DNA of 64,000 bases, taken from assembly GCF_006345805.1 (NCBI RefSeq), contig NC_043023.1, positions 11,098,001 to 11,162,000 on the forward strand. The letters are read 5' to 3'. The position numbers and the translations under genes were made by a program. This document shows positions 57,662 to 64,000 of the stretch, piece after piece (positions within the stretch are counted from its first letter, which is position 1; each line of letters starts with the position of its first letter). The notes beneath the pieces are model-generated. The model was not told where the DNA came from. It saw only the letters and a list, made by a program, of their open reading frames with translations, and ran no database searches. The DNA is from Octopus sinensis. Taxonomy: Eukaryota.

Positions 57662-57960
57662 TGTTCCTTCACGAGCCATGCCTGGCTCATAAGGGCCGGT
57701 TTCCCGGTTTCTTGTCATATAGGTTCCCCACCTGGACGGGACGCCAGTCTGTCGCAGGTGAGCTACAAGATGCAGGAGAAAAGAGTGAGAGAAATTTGTG
57801 GCAAAAGAGTCAGCAGAGGTTTCGCCATTACCTTCTGCCGGAGCCGCATGGAGCTTAGGTGTTTCGCTCATAAACACACAAATCGCCTGGTCTGAGATTC
57901 AAACCCATGACCCCTCGACTGCGAGTTCGCTGCTCTAACCACTAGGCCATGTGCCTCCAC
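56884..57960. mobile_element. SINE-3 cluster: plus 56884-57255, minus 57340-57628 and 57665-57960
   Basis: tRNA-like heads with A and B boxes. Confidence 0.8.
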
Positions 57961-58789
57961 TATGTGGATGTTGAATATGAAGAAAAGCTGTGTTGAAGAT
58001 GAAAATTCTATGAAAGGACAGCAGCCAAAGTTGTTGATAACCAAATTTTATTTCCTGTTACATAAACTGTATCTCCAAACTACGAGGGGCAGTCATGTGT
58101 AAACAATCAAGAATTATTTCTTCTAGTATGGATGTTGCAGTTTTCATGTTTGTTAACTACTAAATGTTAAAATAGGGGTCAGAGGAAGATAAAGATAGAA
58201 TGAATGTATGTAGCTGGAAGTTCATAAAGTTGATAGGCTATAACTTAAATGTACCCTGTGGTTATCAGCAGTAGTTGGTAGACGTAGAATGAAGATGCTG
58301 TAGGTGTAGGAGTGGCTGTGTGGTAAGTAGCTTGCTTACTAACCACATGGTTCTGGGTTCAGTCCCATTGTGTGGTACCTCAGGCAAGTGTCTTCTACTT
58401 TAGCCTCGGGCTGACCAAAGCCTTGTGGTTGGTAAGCAAGCTACTTACCACACAGCCACTCCTACGCCTATGATAGGCTTCTTTCAGTTTCCATCCACTA
58501 AATCCCTTCACAAGACTTTGATCAGTCTGATGCTATAGTAGAAGACACATTGGGATTGAACCCAGAACCATGCCTATGCTTAGACTTTCTACATATAAAA
58601 TCAATAGAGAATAATTAAAGAGTAAAACAACTTTATTTTTCTTTCAAGTTTTAACAAATAATCACAAAATATGATGATGTCAGAATTGGAAAATCTCAAT
58701 CTCGCAGCTGAAATGACTAAAGATTGAGATTAATGTTTTTAGACAGACAGGTCCAACACTCAGTACAAAATGGGAGATTTCACACAACT

Positions 58790-59247
58790 AGTGATATTTT
58801 CCTGTATGGATAGTTATATGCCTGGTTAAGTGATTTCCTTGGGAGAATTATTTGCCACAGATGGATGAAGTATTGAAGGCCAATCTCAAAATCCTGGACC
58901 TTACAAAGGAGATGACAGCCGATTGCTGTACTGGAGAAGACCTGCCCACCACAACGGAATTGAGTTCCTGAAACCAAGGTGTTATGTAAAAAGCACTGGT
59001 GATGGGGCTATGGCAGAAACACCCAGTACACTCTGTGGAATGGTTGGCATTAGGAAAGGTATCCAGTCATAGAAACCAAACCAAAACAGACTATGGAACC
59101 TGGTGCAGCCCCTGGTCTCATCAGTTCCTGCGAAGCCATGGAAAACAGACATTAAATGTTGATGAAGATGATGATGTCACGGTGACGTTTTCTCTCCGGT
59201 TTGTGTTTAGATAAAGTATCATTAAGAGGAAATGATTTACCACAGAT
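58790..59247 (-). pseudogene. Fossil C2H2 fingers downstream of ZNF-E, separated by RTE-derived insertions
   Basis: Minus strand 59247-59177 reads ICGKSFPLNDTLSKHK..; 58862-58790 reads ICGK*FSQGNHLTRHITIHTGK..; same orientation as ZNF-E. Confidence 0.8.
58864..59176 (+). mobile_element. RTE-derived insertion copy 1 in fossil ZNF-E array
   Basis: WMKY/DEVLKA.LKI.DLTKEMT RTE C-terminus, TTGGCATTAGGAAAGGTATCCAG motif, (GAT)n tail. Confidence 0.8.
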
Positions 59248-59248
59248 G

Positions 59249-59595
59249 GATGAAGTATTGAAGGCCGATCTCAAAATGCTGAACCTTACAAAGGAGATGA
59301 CAGACGACCGAGATATGTGGTGCATTGCTGTACTGAAGTCCTGCCTACCACAACAGAACTGAGATTCTGAAACCAAGGTGTCATATAAAAAGCACTGGTG
59401 ATGGAGCCCGTTATAAAATACCCATTACACTCTGTGGAGTTGTGTGGCATTAGGAAAGGTATCCAGTTGTAGAAACCAATGCAAAACAGATTTTGGAACC
59501 GAGGTGGCTCCTAGCCTTGATAGTTCCTGCTAAGTCGTACAACCCATGCCAGCATAGAAAACGGGGGTTCAATGTTGATGATGAAGATTATGATG
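59249..59595 (+). mobile_element. RTE-derived insertion copy 2, abutting the ZNF-E stop codon
   Basis: Same 5' truncation point (GATGAAGTATTGAAGGCC) as copy 1; (GAT)n tail ends at 59595. Confidence 0.8.
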
Positions 59596-61020
59596 TCACA
59601 GTGATGGTTTCTCTCTTGTATGAATGAGCTTGTGTCTAGTGAAAGTACCATTCATAGCAAACGATTTACCACAGACCTCACAGTGATACGGTTTCTCACC
59701 TGTATGAATACGCTTGTGAGTAGTTAAGTTACCTTTTTGAGCGAATGATTTACCACAGATATCACAATGATATGGTTTCTCTCCTGTATGAATACGTGTA
59801 TGAGTAGTTAGGTAATCTTTTTGTGAGAATGATTTACCACAGATATCACATTGATATGGTTCCTCTCCTGTATGAATGTATTTGTGCTTAATTAAGTCAC
59901 CGCTTCCACTGTATGACTTACCACAGATATCACAGTGATATGGCTTCTCACCTGTATGAATACGTTTATGTTGAGTTAAGTTACAACTTATACTGAACGA
60001 CTTGCCACAGATATCACAATGGTATGGCTTTTCTCCTGTATGAACACGTTTGTGTTTTGCCAAACAACTTCTTCCAGAGAATGATTTACCACAGATATCA
60101 CACCGATATGGTTTCTCACCTGTATGAGTGTCCCTGTGCTGAATTAAATTACTATTCTGAGAAAATGATTTACCACAGATATCACACCGATATGGTTTCT
60201 CACCTGTATGAATACGTCTGTGAGTAGTTAAGTCACTACTTCCAGAGAATGATTTACCACAGATATCACAATGGTATGGCTCCTCTCCTGTATGAATACG
60301 TTTATGATGAATTAAACTATTCATCTGAGAGAATGTTTTACCACAAATATCACATTGATATGGTTTTTCTCCAGTATGAACACGCTTGTGAGTAATCAAG
60401 GTCCAATTGGCAGTGAATGTTTTACCACAGATATCACAGTGATATGGTTTCTCCCCTGTATGAATGCGTTTATGGGCAGTTAAGTTATGATTCTCAGAGA
60501 ATGATTTACCACAGACAGCACAGTGATATGGTGTTTCTCCTGTGTGAACGCGTTTATGAGTTTTTAAGGTACTATTTTGAGAGAATGACTTTCCACAGAT
60601 ATCACACTGATGTGGTCTCTCACCTGTGTGGAAGTATTTATGTTTACTTAAGTTATCCTTTATAGAGAATGACTTATCACATATGACACAGCAGTATGGT
60701 TTCTCACCTGTATGAATACGTTTGTGTTTAGTTAAGAGTTTATTTAGAGAGAATGATTTACCACAAATATCACAATGATATGGTTTCTCACCTGTATGAG
60801 AGTATTTATGTTGAGTTAAGTTACTCTTTACAGTGAATGATTTACCACAGATATCACAGTGATATGGTTTCTCTCCAGTAGAAATGCATTTATGAGTAGT
60901 TAGGTTCCCTCTCCGAGAGAAAGACTTTTTGCAAATATCACAACAGTACGATAATTTTTCTCCTTCTTTCGTCATCTCTTCACGAAGTAAGCTATCCTTT
61001 ACATTTCTCACATAACTCAT
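59596..61020 (-). CDS. C2H2 zinc-finger protein ZNF-E (15 complete fingers + 1 degenerate N-terminal)
   Basis: 474-aa ORF; ends HTREKPSL* through a 2-nt deletion in the last linker. Confidence 0.93.
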   Translation of the reverse strand: MSYVRNVKDSLLREEMTKEGEKLSYCCDICKKSFSRRGNLTTHKCISTGEKPYHCDICGKSFTVKSNLTQHKYSHTGEKPYHCDICGKSFSLNKLLTKHKRIHTGEKPYCCVICDKSFSIKDNLSKHKYFHTGERPHQCDICGKSFSQNSTLKTHKRVHTGETPYHCAVCGKSFSENHNLTAHKRIHTGEKPYHCDICGKTFTANWTLITHKRVHTGEKPYQCDICGKTFSQMNSLIHHKRIHTGEEPYHCDICGKSFSGSSDLTTHRRIHTGEKPYRCDICGKSFSQNSNLIQHRDTHTGEKPYRCDICGKSFSGRSCLAKHKRVHTGEKPYHCDICGKSFSISCNLTQHKRIHTGEKPYHCDICGKSYSGSGDLIKHKYIHTGEEPYQCDICGKSFSQKDYLTTHTRIHTGEKPYHCDICGKSFAQKGNLTTHKRIHTGEKPYHCEVCGKSFAMNGTFTRHKLIHTREKPSL

Positions 61021-61269
61021 TGTTCTATAATGTTTCTGATACTACCACAATAAATAAATATTTTTCTTGTATTTCTTCTTATATATATATGTTTCTGTTG
61101 ACTTCAGTATCCGAAGGCCATACATTTCCTTGTAAATGTATCCATGTTTAATTAGAATGTGAAATGTAAATATTTCAGGCAGTGAGGAAGTGAAATATCT
61201 ATCAATCTCAGACAAGAACACAGTATTTCAGTTATTGATTCATAGATATATTATATAAACATGTTTATA

Positions 61270-61440
61270 TCTGTTATTTATCACATCTTCCTTTAGTCTT
61301 TCAAAGTTTATTAATATTCATGACGTATCTCAAGTAAAAATCCGTTTATGCCACAGACGTCTGATATTCTGAAATGATATAGAAACAATATATAATAAAG
61401 AAAATAGTTTAAAAGGAGAGATTCAATAATAGAAATGTTA
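61270..61440 (-). other. Conserved upstream acceptor/exon of ZNF-E (exon starts 61368)
   Basis: Minus strand ATTTCAG|AATATCAGAC; candidate upstream donor GAG|GTAAAA after 61482 (113-nt intron). Confidence 0.6.
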
Positions 61441-62317
61441 GTATGTTTTTATAAGGATAAACTGTGGATACAAATTTTTACCTCATGAGTTACTTTCTAT
61501 TTTGTTATTAAAATTATATTCTACAACCTTGAGGTAATGTCTACATATTCACAGGCATCGGCTCCTCCACCTTCAGATATTATCTAACATTTTAAACTAC
61601 AGAATCATCGTCATTTCAGAATTTAACTCCTGTTTTCCATGCTGGCATGGGTTGGACTGCTTGAGAGGAGCTGGTGACCCAGGAGACTCCACCAAGCCTT
61701 GTGATAACATTGTTCTATCTTCAGAAATGTGGTTAGTCATTGTTGTTCAACCATAGGCCTGATCTGATAGAGTAGGTTATTCTTAATGTTTAAAACTAAA
61801 ATGGGCAGTTCAGGGAAAACATTTTTGCTGTTATTTCTAGCCAGTTGACTAACCCTTTAGATGTACTTAATCCTAGGTTTGCCTGGATTGAGTAGGTTTA
61901 TGATCAATGGCATTCCTACCATGACTGCCTCAGCCTTCTTTCTGGCCTAGCATAAAACTACATTATCCTCCAACATAATTCTCAGTTTTCAATTCCAGAC
62001 AATGGAATTTAAAGTGAAGTTAACTGCTATTTCTAGCACATATATTGACCACGTAGGCACCCTCTCAGTGAATTATTTTTCTTTAGTCCCAGGTCAGCTT
62101 TGCCTGAGCAAACCTATTATGAAAGGCAGGCTGTTTTGAAGACTGTTGTGAATATGACAGATTAAAGACGACAAGTTTTTTTCAGTTTCTCTCTACCAAT
62201 AATCCACTTGCAAGGCTTTGGTCAGCTTAAGGCAATAGCAGAAGACACTTGCCCAAAGTGCCATGCAGTGGGACTGAACCAGGAACCATGTGGTTAAGAA
62301 ACAAACTTCACAGGTAC

Positions 62318-62552
62318 ACCTATTTCTTTACTACCCACAAGGGGCTAAACACAGAGGAGACAAACAAGGACAGACAAACGGATTAAGTCGATGACATCGA
62401 CCCCAGTGCGTAAATGGTATTTATTTAATCGACCCCGAAAGAATGAAAGGTAAAGTCGACCTCGGCGGAATTTGAACTCAGAACGTAACGGCAGACGAAA
62501 TACGGCTATGCATTTCGTCCGGCGTGCTAACGTTTCTGCCAGCTCGCCGCCT
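62318..62552 (-). mobile_element. SINE-2 monomer
   Basis: Family consensus, reverse complement. Confidence 0.85.
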
Positions 62553-62647
62553 TATGGCTAGAGATAACCGCTACGATGAAAACAATACACAACTTTTAAT
62601 GGACACAATCTGCAAGCGGAATAACGAATATGCACGTAAACAACAGT

Positions 62648-62948
62648 GGAGGCGCAATGGCCCAGTGGTTAGGGCAGCGGATTCGCGGACGGAGGATCGC
62701 GGTTTCGACTCCCAGACCGGCCGTTGTGTGTGTTTATAGAGCGAAAACACATAAAGCCCCACGAGGCTCCGACAGGAGGTGGTGGCGATCCCTGTTGTCC
62801 CCTTTCGCCCCAACTTTTTCTCACTCTTTCTTTCTGTTTCTTGAGTAACGCTGCGATGGACTGGCGTCCCGTCCAGCTGGGGGGAACACATACACCACAG
62901 AAACTGGGCCCATGTGCCTGGCTAGGCTTGAAAAGGGCGAATAAATAA
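62648..62948 (+). mobile_element. SINE-3 full copy
   Basis: Family consensus. Confidence 0.8.
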
Positions 62949-62972
62949 AAAATATATAAAACGTAAACAACA

Positions 62973-63366
62973 AGCGCATGAGTGGCTGTGTGGTAAGTAG
63001 CTTATTTACCAACCACATGGTTCCGGGTTCAGTCCCACTGCGTGACACCTTGGGCAAGTGTCTTCTACTATAGCCTCGGGCCGACCAAAGCCTTGTGAGT
63101 GGATTTGGTAGACGGAAACTGAAAGAAGCCCGTCGTATATATGTATATGTGTGTGTGTTTATGTTTGTGTGTCTGTGTTTGTCCCCGCAACATCGCTTGA
63201 CAACCGATGCTGGTGTGTTTATGTCCCCGTTACTTAGCGGTTCGGCAAAACAGACCGATAGAATAAGTACTGGGCTTACAAAGAATAAGTCCTGGGATCG
63301 ATTTGCTCGACTAAAGGCGGTGCTCCAGCATGGCCGCAGTCAAATGACTGAAACAAGTAAAAGAGT
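62973..63366 (+). mobile_element. SINE-1 full copy
   Basis: Family consensus. Confidence 0.85.
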
Positions 63367-64000
63367 AACATATTACATTCACCTTAGTTCACTAGTTAAT
63401 CATCATTTCATGTGATTACTATAATCAATAAACTTAATTAATTAGGGTATATTTAATACACGTAAAAAAGCAAGACATTCCGAAATTTCAACTCAACCGA
63501 AATGTATATAAATATTTTACCTGGAGTTTTATATAAATCACGGATTAATGTAAATTATTTTTAATTTACATTAAGAGGCGATTCCACAGAGAACTGAATA
63601 TTGAGACATTCTAAGAAAAAACGAAACGTAAACAGCGAAACGAACTATTAATCTGGATGTTGTGTACATCGTGTCATTAATCTATTACTGTTTACAAAAC
63701 TTATGTTACCGTTTTTATACTTTTCAATTGCTTCAAAATACATTTAGAAATATAGTACAGATTTTTAAATAATGTATTCGAAAGATTATCTAGACGAAAT
63801 TATAATTTATTAATGCGAATTATAAGAAAAGGTGCAAAACTAGAAGTGGAATGATGAAAACGAAGGATCGTTGTCTGGTCAAAACATAGAAAGAAGATTA
63901 TTTGGAATAGATTAAAATATAATTAATTAAAAGTTACGTTAGGGAAGTTTTCCCCCAAATTCCCTAAAACAACTGAGATATTAGATCATTTTTAATATAA

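Noticed and set aside
10766-60665. Antisense ORFs inside each ZNF ([12 protein letters not shown].. repeats, e.g. 10766-11080, 25617-25925, 36722-37204, 46600-47586, 60024-60665)
   Set aside because: They are the expected shadow frames of the repetitive finger codons, with no independent evidence of coding.
1182-63415. Recurrent short ORFs such as RRASFSFRLPNPLTRLWSARGYSRRHLPKVPRSGTEPGTMW and TTDAGVF..KAVLQHG
   Set aside because: Chance translations of SINE-1 copies; start and stop positions vary between copies.

Overview
Eukaryotic, AT-rich, very repeat-dense genomic DNA, most likely an octopus (coleoid cephalopod). That assignment is inferred from the [17 protein letters not shown] finger consensus and the SINE set, and was not database-verified. 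The window holds a tandem cluster of five C2H2 zinc-finger genes (+,+,+,-,-), 11-15 kb apart. Each has a single coding exon, 11-16 complete fingers and no KRAB/SCAN/BTB/ZAD domain. Everything else is a transposon mosaic: a near-intact Penelope-like element (RT + GIY-YIG), an intact-ORF but catalytically mutated Tc1, relics of CRE, HERO, RTE, CR1/L2, mariner and Tigger elements, non-autonomous Helitrons, piggyBac/hAT/Merlin-like/Tc2-like MITEs, and three tRNA-derived SINE families. The most notable observations are: (1) three minimal hammerhead-ribozyme motifs, one with a fully canonical core, plus several long fold-back palindromes in (TA)n tracts; (2) all five ZNF ORFs end within about 10 bp of a retroposon insertion, and one leaves fossil fingers behind the insertions; (3) a homologous upstream splice acceptor/exon and an eroded MENELCE start motif shared by all five paralogues; (4) a SINE/LINE 3' hairpin with compensatory base changes. 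Repeat boundaries were read by eye (about +/-10-20 bp). No searches, folding programs or expression data were available, so family names and functions beyond the visible motifs are inference.
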